A stretch of DNA of 64,000 bases, from assembly GCA_040767085.1 (NCBI GenBank), contig JAXGPF010000003.1:128001-192000 (forward strand), read 5' to 3'. Below, piece after piece: positions 49,451-60,181 of the stretch. Source of the DNA: Kiritimatiellia bacterium (GTDB taxonomy: Bacteria; Verrucomicrobiota; Kiritimatiellia; JAAZAB01). The translations under genes and the position numbers were made by a program. Within the stretch, counting starts at the first letter, position 1, and every line of letters begins with the position of its first letter. The notes under the pieces were generated by a model. It was given only the letters and a program-made list of their open reading frames with translations. It searched no databases and was not told the origin of the DNA.

Positions 49451-51844
49451 TTATTTCGTCACCAATCCCAGCCAACCCTGGATGACCGGCGAAAGCTTGA
49501 TGAATACGGGCGTAAAGACGATGCACACCATGCTCATCAGTTTGATCAGGATGTTCAGCGACGGGCCGCTGGTGTCCTTGCAGGGATCGCCGACGGTATC
49601 GCCGATCACGGCCGCGCCATGGACGGGATTCTTCGTGCCATCCGGCAGTTTCTTGCCGCCTAAATTCCCCTTTTCGACAAACTTCTTGGCGTTATCCCAG
49701 GCGCCGCCGGCGTTGTTCAGCATGGTGGCGAAAACGAACCCGGTGGCCAGGCCGCCGGCCAGCAGACCGATTACACCGCCTATTCCCAGCACCAGACCGG
49801 TGACAACCGGCACCACAATAGCCAGCAGCGACGGAACCATCATTTCCCGTTGAGCGCCGGCGGTGGAAATGGCCACACAGGTGGCGTAATCGGGCTTGTC
49901 CTTGCCTTCCATGATCCCGGGCTTCTCCCGGAACTGGCGGCGCACTTCATTGACCATGGCGCCGGCGGCGCGGCCCACCGCCTTCATCGTCAGGGCGCAG
50001 AACACGAACACCATCATGCTGCCCATAAAAATACCGCACAGCACCAGTGGATTCATGAGATTGATATCGTAGGCATCAACAAAATACCGGATATCTTCAC
50101 GCGCGGCCGCGGCGGCATTCACGGAAACCTTGCCGATCGAAAACCCTTCCGCGCCAGCGGCATACTTGCCGATCCACATTTTAACTTCTTCCAGGCAGGC
50201 GGCCAGCAGCGCCATAGCCGTCAACGCCGCGGAACCGATGGCAAAGCCCTTGCCTGTCGCGGCGGTGGTGTTGCCCAGGGCGTCCAGGGCGTCGGTGCGC
50301 TGCCGCACTTCCGGCGGCAATTCCGACATCTCAGCGTTGCCGCCGGCATTGTCGGCAATCGGCCCATAGGCGTCGGTCGCCAGCGTGATGCCCAGCGTGG
50401 AAAGCATGCCGACCGCGGCGAAGCCGATGCCGTACAAGCCCATGGTGAAGTTGCTGAATCCGCCGGAAAGCCCGAAGGCGAACAGAATGCCGATGGCAAT
50501 GATCACCACCGGCGCGGCCGAGGAAAGCATCCCCGTAGCCAGGCCCTCGATGATCACCGTCGCCGGGCCCATCTTGGCCTGTGTAGCGATTTCCCTGGTG
50601 GGCTTGTATTCATCGGAAGTATAATATTCCGTCGCCTGCCCGATCAGCACGCCGGCGAACAACCCGGCAATCACCGCGCCGAAAATGCCCCACGGCACCA
50701 CGCCTGTGGCCGCCAACACCGCCATGGCCGCCACGATCAGCACTGAACTGCCAAGCGTCCCCGTCAGCAGGGCCCGCAGCAGGTTCTTCTGGCTGGCGCC
50801 TTCTTTGCACCGCACCATGAACATGCCGATGATCGAAAGGACGATGCCGATGCCGGCCACCACCATGGGCGCGGTAATGTACTTGATGGCCAGAGCAGGA
50901 TTATGCGCCTGGATGCCGACGGAGGCGCCCAGGGCGGCGGTGGCCAGGATCGAGCCGCAGTAGGATTCGTAAAGGTCGGCGCCCATGCCGGCTACGTCGC
51001 CGACATTATCGCCGACGTTGTCGGCAATGGTGGCCGGATTGCGCGGGTCGTCTTCCGGAATGCCCGCTTCCACCTTGCCCACCAGGTCGGCGCCGACGTC
51101 GGCCGCCTTGGTGTAAATGCCGCCGCCGACGCGCGCAAACAACGCCTGGGTGGAGGCGCCCATACCGAAGGTCAGCATGGTGGTGGTGATATGCACCAGT
51201 TTTTCATCCACGGTGCAGCCCGCATGCACCAGTTCCAGGCCCAGGAAATGCAGTCCGTTGGCCATGTTGGCCGTGGTGAAGACCAGCTTATCGAGAATCA
51301 GGTACCACAGGCAGATATCCAGCAGGCCGAAACCTACTACCACCAACCCCATAACAGCGCCGGAGCGGAAGGCCACCTGCAAGCCGCGGTTGAGGCCTTC
51401 GCTGGCGCCCTGCGCCGTGCGCGAGGAGGCATGGGTGGCGGTTTTCATTCCCAGGAAACCGCACAACCCGGAGAAAAAGCCGCCCGTCAGGAAAGCGACC
51501 GGCACAAACGGATTCTGAATGCCGATTTTGGCCAGAACCGCGAACACCGCCACCAGGGCCACGAACACCCAGAGCACGACCTTGTATTGGCGGAACAGGT
51601 AGGCCATGGCGCCTTCGCGCACATACCCGGCAATCTCAATCATCCGGGCATTGCCGGGATGGGCCGCCATCATCAGCCGGTAGAAATATACCGCAAACAC
51701 CAGGGCGATGACCGCGGTCACCGGCGCCAGCCACCAAATGCCCGGGGTTAAGTTAAGGTTGGCCTCGCTGGCAGCGGCCCAGGGGGCCGTCGTCAACAAC
51801 AATCCCGCCACCGCCATCAATCCTGCCCAAGCGTTTTTCATCAT
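49451..51844 (-). CDS. hppA: Membrane ion-translocating pyrophosphatase, K+-dependent type
   Basis: [49 protein letters not shown]. Confidence 0.96.
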   Translation of the reverse strand: MMKNAWAGLMAVAGLLLTTAPWAAASEANLNLTPGIWWLAPVTAVIALVFAVYFYRLMMAAHPGNARMIEIAGYVREGAMAYLFRQYKVVLWVFVALVAVFAVLAKIGIQNPFVPVAFLTGGFFSGLCGFLGMKTATHASSRTAQGASEGLNRGLQVAFRSGAVMGLVVVGFGLLDICLWYLILDKLVFTTANMANGLHFLGLELVHAGCTVDEKLVHITTTMLTFGMGASTQALFARVGGGIYTKAADVGADLVGKVEAGIPEDDPRNPATIADNVGDNVGDVAGMGADLYESYCGSILATAALGASVGIQAHNPALAIKYITAPMVVAGIGIVLSIIGMFMVRCKEGASQKNLLRALLTGTLGSSVLIVAAMAVLAATGVVPWGIFGAVIAGLFAGVLIGQATEYYTSDEYKPTREIATQAKMGPATVIIEGLATGMLSSAAPVVIIAIGILFAFGLSGGFSNFTMGLYGIGFAAVGMLSTLGITLATDAYGPIADNAGGNAEMSELPPEVRQRTDALDALGNTTAATGKGFAIGSAALTAMALLAACLEEVKMWIGKYAAGAEGFSIGKVSVNAAAAAREDIRYFVDAYDINLMNPLVLCGIFMGSMMVFVFCALTMKAVGRAAGAMVNEVRRQFREKPGIMEGKDKPDYATCVAISTAGAQREMMVPSLLAIVVPVVTGLVLGIGGVIGLLAGGLATGFVFATMLNNAGGAWDNAKKFVEKGNLGGKKLPDGTKNPVHGAAVIGDTVGDPCKDTSGPSLNILIKLMSMVCIVFTPVFIKLSPVIQGWLGLVTK

Positions 51845-52018
51845 CCTCCCTTTACCTTGCGCCGCTGCCGTCCGTGTTCAATCGAACACAAAAAACATTG
51901 GCAAATAAAAAAACGGCCATTATCATAGCGGTTTATCGGTGGAGGTCAATTAATTTCGGCAAATCCGGGCGCCAGTGCGATCGGCATCCGCGGCATTGCC
52001 GGGCAGGCTGGAGAAAAC

Positions 52019-52417
52019 ATGCGCCATCATAAGGTCATTGAGTGGGAACAACGTCTGCAGTCGGCCTTCGAGCGCGTGGACGAGCGCCTGGAAGCCAGGT
52101 ACGGGAAACTCTTCCCGCGGCACCCGGCGCGCCCGGACCATGGCGCCGCCGCCCGGCGCGAACACGACGGCTTATTCAACCTGGGGGCGGCGTTCTCCGC
52201 CGGATACGGCTCGCGCCACGGCCCGAATTACGCCGTGGAAATCCGGATCATGACCCTGTCGGATATCCCCGCGGATACCCGGCGCCGGATCGAGCAAGAC
52301 GCCATCGGCATGCTGCGCGAAGAATTGCCGAAGTTTTTCCCGGACCGCGACTTGCAGGTAGTGCACGAAGGCAAAATGTATCGCCTCGTCGGCGACCTGA
52401 GTCTGGGCCGGGCCTGA
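52019..52417 (+). CDS. Hypothetical protein
   Basis: GGAG RBS, host-like codon usage, fills the gap between hppA and ftsW. Confidence 0.7.
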   Translation: MRHHKVIEWEQRLQSAFERVDERLEARYGKLFPRHPARPDHGAAARREHDGLFNLGAAFSAGYGSRHGPNYAVEIRIMTLSDIPADTRRRIEQDAIGMLREELPKFFPDRDLQVVHEGKMYRLVGDLSLGRA

Positions 52418-52421
52418 CCGC

Positions 52422-53561
52422 TCAATAGCCGTCTTCGACATCCGGAGCGGCCTTGCGCCAAGGCGGACGGGCATTTCCGGCGCCGGATTGCTGGGCGATG
52501 TTCAACAGCACCGCCACCGCCGCCAGGGACATCATCAGGCTCGATCCGCCGAAACTGATGAACGGCAGCGTCAGCCCCTTGGTCGGCAGGCACCCGGTAA
52601 CAACGCCGATGTTGAACATGGCCTGCATCGTGATCAACATCGTCAATCCGAAGGCCAGCAGCCGTCCGAACAAGTCCGGCGCCTTGAAACTGATGCGCAG
52701 GCCGCATCCGCAGATGCCGGCGAACAGCAGCACCACGCCCAGGGTGGCCAGCATGCCTAATTCCTCGCCGATAATGGCGAAAATAAAGTCCGTATGCGCC
52801 TCGGGCAGGTAGAAATGCTTCTGCACGCTGGCGCCCAGTCCCACGCCCCGCCAGCCGCCGGCCACAAAGGCGTTAATGGCATTGATCAGCTGGAAGGAAT
52901 AAGTCTGCGCGTATTTTTCCGGGTCCAGGAATGCCAGCACACGGCTGCGCCGGACCTCGTTGTGCATGACGGCTACGCAAAACAGCGTAAAACCGGAACC
53001 GGCAAACAACACCAGGTAACGCAGCAGCGCCCCGCCGGCAAACATGACCGCCATGCCCACCAGCCCGCAGAGCATGGTGGTGCCGAAATCCGGCTCGATG
53101 AAAATCAATCCGGCGATCAAGCCCAGCATCGCCATGGGCGCCAGGACGCCTCGGCCGAATTCCCGGGAACGCATCCGCTCCCGCGCCATCCACCACGCCA
53201 GCGCAACCACCATCGCGAACTTGGCGAGTTCGGATGGCTGAAGCTGCATCGGACCCAGGCGCAACCAACGCCGGCTGCCGCCCACCTTGGCGCCGATGCC
53301 GGGCACCAGCACCAGCACCAACAGGATCACGCTGACGATGAAGATGGGCGCCGCCAGGGTCCGCCACCAGTGATAATCAATCCGCGAGATGACGCCGGCA
53401 GCCAGCACGGCCAGGGCCAGCCATAAGAGCTGGCGCTTGACGAAAAACATTGGATCGCCGCAAAGCTCGATCGCCTTGACCCCGCTGGCGCTGGCCAGCA
53501 TGACCAGTCCGAAGGCCGTCAAAACGGCTACGATCAGCAACAGCAGGGTGGTAACACGCAC
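52422..53561 (-). CDS. ftsW: SEDS peptidoglycan glycosyltransferase FtsW
   Basis: GSRRWL, QPSELAK, EPDFG, YLPEAHTDFIF, PTKGLTLPFISFGGSS. Confidence 0.93.
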   Translation of the reverse strand: MRVTTLLLLIVAVLTAFGLVMLASASGVKAIELCGDPMFFVKRQLLWLALAVLAAGVISRIDYHWWRTLAAPIFIVSVILLVLVLVPGIGAKVGGSRRWLRLGPMQLQPSELAKFAMVVALAWWMARERMRSREFGRGVLAPMAMLGLIAGLIFIEPDFGTTMLCGLVGMAVMFAGGALLRYLVLFAGSGFTLFCVAVMHNEVRRSRVLAFLDPEKYAQTYSFQLINAINAFVAGGWRGVGLGASVQKHFYLPEAHTDFIFAIIGEELGMLATLGVVLLFAGICGCGLRISFKAPDLFGRLLAFGLTMLITMQAMFNIGVVTGCLPTKGLTLPFISFGGSSLMMSLAAVAVLLNIAQQSGAGNARPPWRKAAPDVEDGY

Positions 53562-53579
53562 ATCACGCTTCGCTTGTCA

Positions 53580-54527
53580 TCAGGGAATGCGCAAGCGTTG
53601 TCCAAGCTGCACCTTGGCTTCCGGCAGGTTGTTCAGTTTAACGATATCGTTTACCGATACCACGTACAGGCGCGCGATGTATTCCAAGTCCTCATTGGCC
53701 TGCACCACGTGAACAATTTCCTGGCCGGCGGCGGGCGCGGCGGCTTCGGGGCCTTCAGCCGGGGCTTCCGGGGCGGCCGCAGCGGCGGGCGCGCTGACTG
53801 CCGGGGCGGCCGGAGCGGGCTCCTGCGCGGCGGGCGCCGCCGGCGCGCTGACTGGTGCGGGCGCCGCCGCAGGCGCGGTTTCCGCGGTAGCAGACGCAGG
53901 CGATGCCTTATGCGCCGCCGGCGCCGAACCGGCAACGGTCAGTTTCTGTCCAACCTTGATCAGGTCGCCGTCCAGCTTATTCAATTCGCGCAAGGTGCTG
54001 ACCTTGGTCTGATAACGGTGGGCGATGCCGCTGAGGGTATCGCCCGCCTGCACCACGTATTCGTTCGGCCCGGCGGCTGCCGCGGCGGATTTCGCGGAGC
54101 CCGCGGCCTTGGCCTTGGGCTTCTCAGGCTGATGCAAGGTCACGCCCGGGCGCACCGGGATAATCAGCTTCTGGCCAACACGAATCTTGTTGGGCTCGCT
54201 GATCTTGTTCAAATCCATGATTTGTTTGACGGACACCTTATGGCGCGCGGCGATCTTGGACAGCGCATCACCGGACTTCACGACATATTCCACCGTTTCT
54301 ACCGGCGCGGCCGGGGCCGGCGCGGGACGCTTGACCACGGGCTTGGGCGGCGGCGGCAATTCCTCCGGGGGGAGCGCCGGCTGGTCAATCACCGGCTCCG
54401 GCATAACGGGCGGAGTCGGCGGCATGGTCGTATCCCTGGTGGTTCCGCAACCCTGGATGAAAAACAGCGATCCAATCGCAGCCGCGTGCAACAACACCAC
54501 AATAACCACCAAAACCGGCGTTTTCAT
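53580..54527 (-). CDS. LysM-repeat protein (3 LysM), probable lipoprotein
   Basis: FFIQG-C; YVVKSGDAL, YVVQAGDTL, HVVQANEDL. Confidence 0.88.
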   Translation of the reverse strand: MKTPVLVVIVVLLHAAAIGSLFFIQGCGTTRDTTMPPTPPVMPEPVIDQPALPPEELPPPPKPVVKRPAPAPAAPVETVEYVVKSGDALSKIAARHKVSVKQIMDLNKISEPNKIRVGQKLIIPVRPGVTLHQPEKPKAKAAGSAKSAAAAAGPNEYVVQAGDTLSGIAHRYQTKVSTLRELNKLDGDLIKVGQKLTVAGSAPAAHKASPASATAETAPAAAPAPVSAPAAPAAQEPAPAAPAVSAPAAAAAPEAPAEGPEAAAPAAGQEIVHVVQANEDLEYIARLYVVSVNDIVKLNNLPEAKVQLGQRLRIP

Positions 54528-54663
54528 TCGCTGACTCCTTTTTTGCTGAAACGAACGACCAGCATTATAAACTGGCAGGTATCACCCAAAAAAAAGTTGC
54601 CGCATGCCTGCGGGGCTACCCCCGCTTCTTTTTTTGGAAATATCGCCTTGGTGCGCGCAATTG

Positions 54664-55341
54664 TCAAGCATTTTTTACCGGCGTTTTCACCGGCGCATGC
54701 AGGTAGATCGGCCGCACCGGCTCCGAGGCCACGGCATCGGCCAGGCGCATCGCCGCCAGCCGCGCCAGCGCGGCAGCCGTCGGATAAACAGCGGATTGGA
54801 TCAACTCCGTTTGCCCCGGCGCCGCGGCCTGTAGCAGTGCGCCAAGACGCGGCCAATCGGAAGTCGCGGCCACCAGGCCGGGGCGCCAGGGTAAGGCATC
54901 GGGCGCGCATAATTCCCAGCCGGTTTCTGTAATTAACGGCGCCAGGCCGCGGGAACGAAACACGCGATACCACAAATGGCCGCGGCGCGCGTCGCCCACG
55001 ACCATGATCGGCAAGCCATTATACTGCGGCGCCAACTGCCAGGCCAGCGCCTCGGCGCTGCTCAAGGCGTACAGCCGCTGGCGGCCGGGCAAGGCGCAAG
55101 CCGTCACCAGCGCGATGGCGCTGCGCAAGCCGCTGTAAGCGCCCGGACCTACACCCAAAACAAAACAATCCACCCGCGCCAGGTCCAAGACGCCTGCGGT
55201 CTGCAGCGCGGTCAATTCCCGCGCCAGCGCCTGGTTGGCGCCGGCGCCATCATCCCAGGCGCGTTCCGCCGTTAATTCCGTGCCGCGCATGACCGCCAGG
55301 CTGCCGCGGGAAGTTGACTGATCTACCGCCAAGTACAACAT
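54664..55341 (-). CDS. tsaB: t6A biosynthesis protein TsaB
   Basis: LAVDQST..GSLA, GVGPGAYSGLR, DARRG, P.YL. Confidence 0.85.
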   Translation of the reverse strand: MLYLAVDQSTSRGSLAVMRGTELTAERAWDDGAGANQALARELTALQTAGVLDLARVDCFVLGVGPGAYSGLRSAIALVTACALPGRQRLYALSSAEALAWQLAPQYNGLPIMVVGDARRGHLWYRVFRSRGLAPLITETGWELCAPDALPWRPGLVAATSDWPRLGALLQAAAPGQTELIQSAVYPTAAALARLAAMRLADAVASEPVRPIYLHAPVKTPVKNA

Positions 55342-55459
55342 TGCATTTTCCCTTTGTTTGGGCATTATACCTGATGCCGCCAGCCGCCGCAACCATGGAA
55401 ATCGGCCGGCGGTTATGATACCGTCTTTTTAAATTTACCTGAGTTGCTTTTAAAAGTCT

Positions 55460-55484
55460 CGGACGACGTGGAAGTCGTCTCTCC
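55460..55484 (-). repeat. GGAG-type REP hairpin
   Basis: Minus strand ggagagacgacttccacgtcgtcc; same architecture as 20982-21004. Confidence 0.6.
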
Positions 55485-55550
55485 AAAACAGGCAAGGCGG
55501 CCTGGGACCACAGTCCGGCAACCACCTGACCGCCGTCGCTTAACACCATC

Positions 55551-57431
55551 ATGATCCCCGTCCCCAAAAAAGCCGTCATCCTGGCCGCCGGACTCGGCAC
55601 GCGCATGCGCCCGCTGAGCTTCGATACGCCCAAACCGTTGATGCCGCTCTGGAACGAACCCCTGCTTGACCTCGTCCTGGCGCATGTCCGCGACTGGGGC
55701 GTCCGCGACATCCTGATCAACCTCCATCACGCTCCGCAGGCCATTCTGGAACACCTGCGCCGCCGGCCGCCCGCGGGCTTGCGGGTTAATTTGTCCTTCG
55801 AACCGGAAATTCTCGGCACCGGCGGCGCCCTGCGCCGCGCCGCCTGGTTCCTGGACCAACATCCCTTCTGGATGGTCAATGCCGATATCGTCTTCAACGT
55901 GGATATCCGCCCGCTGCTGCGCTGCATGCGCCGCGCTCAACCGCTGGCAACCCTCTGGCTGACCGACCGCGCCGGACCGCGCACGGTGGCCATGCAACGG
56001 GGCTGGATTCACAACTTCCGCAGCCGGACCCCGGGCGCGCCGGATACTTTCACCTTCACCGGCCTGCACCTGTTGTCGCCGCGGATTCTGCAATTCCTGC
56101 CGCCGGCCGGTTATGCTTCCATTGTTGATGCCTATGAAAAAGCCCTGGCCGCCGGCCGGCGCATCGCCGGCATCTGCCCGTCCGGCGCATATTGGAGCGA
56201 CCTGGGCACCCCCGCGGCTTACCTGGAAGCGCATGCGGCAAGCGCCCCGCGCCGGCCGGGAGCGTGTCCGCCGCAGCTTTTCACCGCGGCGGCGTCGGAC
56301 GCTCAAATTGTTCCGGGGGCGGATACGGCACGCGCCGTCATCTGGAGCGGCGCGCGGCTGGGGCCGAACGCCGTTGCGCATGACGCCATTATCGGGCGGG
56401 GCTGCGCCGTCAACCATCATGTGCCCAGCCTGGCCGTCAGGGCCGATTGCCTCCCCCGCGATCCCGCCATCCAAACAGCGTTGTCGCAATTGGGGTGGCC
56501 GGCGGCAGACACCGCCGTGATTCCGCTGGAACCGCGCGGCTCAGCGCGCGTCTTCACGCGCCTGGCCCGCGGCCACCGGAGCGTCATCATGATCCAATAC
56601 CGGCTGGAGCGCGCGGAAAACGGCTGGTACGCCCGGCATGCCCGGCTGCTCGAGTCGGCCGGAGTGGATGTGCCGCGCCTCATCTACGATTGCCCGCGCC
56701 GCAAAATAATACTGCTGGAAGACCTGGGGCGGGAGACGCTGGAAGACCGGGCGAACCAACTCCGCGCGCGCCGGCCGGCCGACATCCGCCGGCTGTATCA
56801 GCCGGTGCTGGACAACCTGCTGCGGCTGCACGCCCTTGGCGCGCGGCCGGCCAGCCGGCGCCATGTCAGGATGGCCGGCGGCTTCACCCCACGGCTCTAC
56901 AAATGGGAACGCGGGTTTTTCGCGCGGCAGTTTCTGCGCCGGCACTCCGCCTGCGGGGAATCCGTTATCCGGGGCATCCTTGCGGAACTCCGGCAGTCCG
57001 CCGCCATCCTGCGCGCCAGTCCATACACCCTGGTTCATCGCGACCTGCAATCCACCAATGTCCTCTACCGGGGGCGCACGCCATGCTTCATTGACTTCCA
57101 GGGGATGCGGCCCGGCCCGGCCGCATACGACCTGGCATCCTTGCTGTGCGATCCCTACGTGGAATTACCCGCCGCCTGCCTGCCCGAACTGCTGGCATAC
57201 TACAACCGGCATCTGCCGGCCCGCCGCCGCATCGGTGAAAAGATTTTCTGGCATGCCGCCGTGGAACGCCTGGCGCAGGCGCTGGGCGCCTATGGCCGGC
57301 TCGGCGCCGAACCGGCCACCCGGCGCTTCCTCCGCTTCATCCCGCCGGCACTCCGCCGGATGGACGCCGCCTTGCAGCAACTGCAGGCGCACCCCGTCCT
57401 GGCTGACGCAGTACGGCAAATGCTGGCGTAA
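55551..57431 (+). CDS. Fused MurU-like nucleotidyltransferase and AmgK-like sugar kinase
   Basis: AVILAAGLGTRMRPL...PKPL, LGTGG, WSDLGT; then GSARVFTRL, LLEDLG, HRDLQSTN, IDFQG, YDLASLL.DPY. Confidence 0.8.
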   Translation: MIPVPKKAVILAAGLGTRMRPLSFDTPKPLMPLWNEPLLDLVLAHVRDWGVRDILINLHHAPQAILEHLRRRPPAGLRVNLSFEPEILGTGGALRRAAWFLDQHPFWMVNADIVFNVDIRPLLRCMRRAQPLATLWLTDRAGPRTVAMQRGWIHNFRSRTPGAPDTFTFTGLHLLSPRILQFLPPAGYASIVDAYEKALAAGRRIAGICPSGAYWSDLGTPAAYLEAHAASAPRRPGACPPQLFTAAASDAQIVPGADTARAVIWSGARLGPNAVAHDAIIGRGCAVNHHVPSLAVRADCLPRDPAIQTALSQLGWPAADTAVIPLEPRGSARVFTRLARGHRSVIMIQYRLERAENGWYARHARLLESAGVDVPRLIYDCPRRKIILLEDLGRETLEDRANQLRARRPADIRRLYQPVLDNLLRLHALGARPASRRHVRMAGGFTPRLYKWERGFFARQFLRRHSACGESVIRGILAELRQSAAILRASPYTLVHRDLQSTNVLYRGRTPCFIDFQGMRPGPAAYDLASLLCDPYVELPAACLPELLAYYNRHLPARRRIGEKIFWHAAVERLAQALGAYGRLGAEPATRRFLRFIPPALRRMDAALQQLQAHPVLADAVRQMLA

Positions 57432-57456
57432 ATGTGCGACGCCCCCGGCGGAAAAA

Positions 57457-58482
57457 TCACGCCTTCTGGCCGGCCAATGCCTCCAGTTGCCGAACCAGGT
57501 CCGCAGACAAGGGCGGGGCTTGCAGCGCCGCGATATTCTCGCGCATGTGCTCCCAGCGGCTGGTCCCCGCAATCACGGTGGAAACCGCCGGATGCCGCAA
57601 GACATACAACAGCGCCAGTTGCGCGGTCGTATAAGTTCCGCCGGCCAGGGCTTGCAAAGCCGCGCCTTTCGCGGCCAGCGCGCGCTTGCCGGCCAGGTCC
57701 TGCCAACTGCGCCGGTCGTCGGCGGCAAAGGCGCTGTCCGCCAACAGACTGCCGGCCAGGAATCCCGCGCCAAACACGCCGCGAGCCACGATCCCCACCC
57801 CGTTTGCCGCAGCTACCGGCAGCAATTCAGCGATCGCCGCCGGCGTCTGCAGGCTGATGGACTGCTGCAACACATCCACCGCGCCCTGGCGGATCAGAGC
57901 GCAACCGAGGTCGTTCGGGCCCAGCGACACGCCCACGAAACGCGCCTTGCCCATCCGGCGGATTTCCTGCAGGGCTTCCAGGCATTCGCCGCGCTCGATG
58001 TCGGCGCGGCTGGGGCCGTGCAGCAAATAAACATCCACCGCATCCATCCGCAGCCGCCGCAGGCTTTCGTCCGCCTGCGCCAGGATGCGCACCCGGCTGA
58101 AATCCGACCAAGCCCGGCCATGCTCCGCACCATGCCCGCCCTTGGTGCAGACGATCCAGGCGTCGCGGCAGCCGCGCAAGGCGCGGCCAACCAGCTCCTC
58201 GCTGTGCCCATCGCCGTAAATCGGCGCGGTGTCAATGAAATTCACGCCCGTGTCCCGGCAGCGGCCGATTAAATCCAGGGAAACGCGATCGTCCGTGCGC
58301 CCCCAGCCGTGCGCAATCGTGCCCAGCTTGTCGAAAGTCAGATTCACCGCGCCGCCGATTTCCCACGCGCCCAGGCTGACGGCGGAAACCTGCAATCCCG
58401 TCCGGCCGAGCGGACGGTATTCCATGCCGGCGGGCCGGCCGCCATCCTGCTTTTGAACATTCACATCTGTTTGATTTGCCAT
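57457..58482 (-). CDS. Aldo/keto reductase
   Basis: YRPLGRTGLQVS, FIDTAPIYG, SLRRL..D.VD.YLLH; start could be 58425. Confidence 0.9.
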   Translation of the reverse strand: MANQTDVNVQKQDGGRPAGMEYRPLGRTGLQVSAVSLGAWEIGGAVNLTFDKLGTIAHGWGRTDDRVSLDLIGRCRDTGVNFIDTAPIYGDGHSEELVGRALRGCRDAWIVCTKGGHGAEHGRAWSDFSRVRILAQADESLRRLRMDAVDVYLLHGPSRADIERGECLEALQEIRRMGKARFVGVSLGPNDLGCALIRQGAVDVLQQSISLQTPAAIAELLPVAAANGVGIVARGVFGAGFLAGSLLADSAFAADDRRSWQDLAGKRALAAKGAALQALAGGTYTTAQLALLYVLRHPAVSTVIAGTSRWEHMRENIAALQAPPLSADLVRQLEALAGQKA

Positions 58483-58554
58483 GCTTTTCCCTTATTGCTG
58501 TTACCGTATAAAATCATGAAAATTACCGTATAATCTGAATTGCACAATTTAATT

Positions 58555-59640
58555 TCACTTCAATATCCGCGCGGTTTCTTCCAACTGGTCCATGATCGGC
58601 AGTTTATTCGGGCATTTCGGCTCGCAGGCGCCGCAGCGCCGGCAGGCATCGGCCCGCTTCCCGGGTTCCAGCGCCGCATACTGCGCGCGCGCCCAGTCCT
58701 GCATGCCGTATACCTTATGATGATTGTAGAGGCGGAAGTTGCCAGGGATATCCACGCCATGAGGGCATTCCATGCAATAGCCGCACATGGTGCAAAACTT
58801 AGCGCCCAGCGCCTGAAACTCATCCAGGATCGCATCCATCCGCCGCCAGTCCTCCGCGTGGGCGCCGCGGAAATTTTCGGCCGTTTTCAGGTTCTCCCGC
58901 AGCATCGCCAGCGTATTCATGCCGGAGCAGGCGGTGCTGACATCCGGGTTGGCCAGCACAAACCGCAAGGCCGCGCCGGCCATGGTTTGCGCGCCGCCGG
59001 GGATGAGTTGCTGCAACCGGGGCGCGGGGCTGGACAGCATCCCCCCCGCCACCGGGCACATAGCGACGACACCCATGCGCAACTCGCCCGCGCGCTTGAT
59101 CACCGGGGCATAGGCGCGGTTCAGCATGTTGTAGGGCACGGTGATACTGTCAAAAATCCCGGTCTCGATGCATTGGATGAAATTTTCCGCCGTATCGTGC
59201 CCCGTGAAGCCGATATGGCCGACGAGGCCTTCGCTGCGGGCCTGGTTCAAGGCCTCCAGCGCGCCGCCCTTTTTCGTCAGCAATGCCAGCTTGGCCAGGC
59301 TGAACCAGCCGACCTGGAAAAACTCCAGGTAGTCCACGCCCAAAATCCGCATTTGCAACTCAATCTCGGCGCGGTAGCTCGCGGCGGTGGTTGCTTCGTT
59401 GACGCCCGCTTTGCCGGAAACAATCAAGCCGCGGCTGCGGCCTTTCAATCCGGGCGCGGTCAGGTGCTGGCACCGGCCGCCGATGTATCCGCGCGTGGTT
59501 TCGAAATAATTGATGCCGGCGGCAATCGCCTCGTCCACAATCCGCGCCGCCAATTCCGGCTGTTCCGGATCAAACCGCATGCAGCCCAAGGCGAGCGAAG
59601 ATACCTTCAGTCCTGTCCGGCCCAAATCGCGATATTTCAT
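58555..59640 (-). CDS. Aldo/keto reductase with C-terminal Fe-S domain
   Basis: YRDLGRTGLKVS.LALGCMR; CTMCGYCMECP and CRRCGACEPKCP. Confidence 0.9.
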   Translation of the reverse strand: MKYRDLGRTGLKVSSLALGCMRFDPEQPELAARIVDEAIAAGINYFETTRGYIGGRCQHLTAPGLKGRSRGLIVSGKAGVNEATTAASYRAEIELQMRILGVDYLEFFQVGWFSLAKLALLTKKGGALEALNQARSEGLVGHIGFTGHDTAENFIQCIETGIFDSITVPYNMLNRAYAPVIKRAGELRMGVVAMCPVAGGMLSSPAPRLQQLIPGGAQTMAGAALRFVLANPDVSTACSGMNTLAMLRENLKTAENFRGAHAEDWRRMDAILDEFQALGAKFCTMCGYCMECPHGVDIPGNFRLYNHHKVYGMQDWARAQYAALEPGKRADACRRCGACEPKCPNKLPIMDQLEETARILK

Positions 59641-59690
59641 TAAATTTCCTGACAATTAAAGCCATGCGTTATCGCCAGCCAAGTCTATTG

Positions 59691-59923
59691 CCTGAATCCG
59701 TGATGAGGTCAGTATGCCGCGGATGCGAGGCGCGAAGGATGAAGCTGTATAAATATACCGCGAATCCTTCGCAACAAAGCAGATGCGGCATAATGGCCTC
59801 ACCCGCAGGGCGGTCTTTTCCGCCAAACAACGCCGTGTGTTTTTGGTGATATTTTAAAATGACATAAATTGTTGTTGGTACGCACATTATCTTGACAACA
59901 TAAAATTCCGTCACGGATTCAGG
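59691..59923. mobile_element. MITE with 13-bp perfect TIR and 5-bp target duplication, related to 2159-2442
   Basis: CCTGAATCCGTGA / TCACGGATTCAGG; TATTG at 59686-59690 and 59924-59928. Confidence 0.85.
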
Positions 59924-59994
59924 TATTGCCTATGATTTATACAGGATTCCAATGAATATTTCGACTTTTTTCGTTTATTTCTGTGGTTTATTTC

Positions 59995-60024
59995 TTGACA
60001 ATTTACCAGCAAGAAACATATTAT
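59995..60024 (+). promoter_or_regulatory. Candidate sigma70 promoter
   Basis: TTGACA-18 bp-TATTAT upstream of 60182. Confidence 0.5.
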
Positions 60025-60181
60025 AAATAATAAGAATGCGGCAAGTGCCGGATAAGTGCCGTACGCGGGGCTGAAAAATCTTTTTGCGCAAACGGCGCGG
60101 GATGAATTTTGCCGGATGGCATAGCCCTGATTAACAAACTCGCCGTGTATTCGCGCGGCGCAAACACAAGGAGAATGCCGA

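Noticed and set aside
55420-55545. Riboswitch or sRNA upstream of the MurU-AmgK-like gene
   Set aside because: No recognisable aptamer motif; the main hairpin is a GGAG-type REP like the one near 20982.
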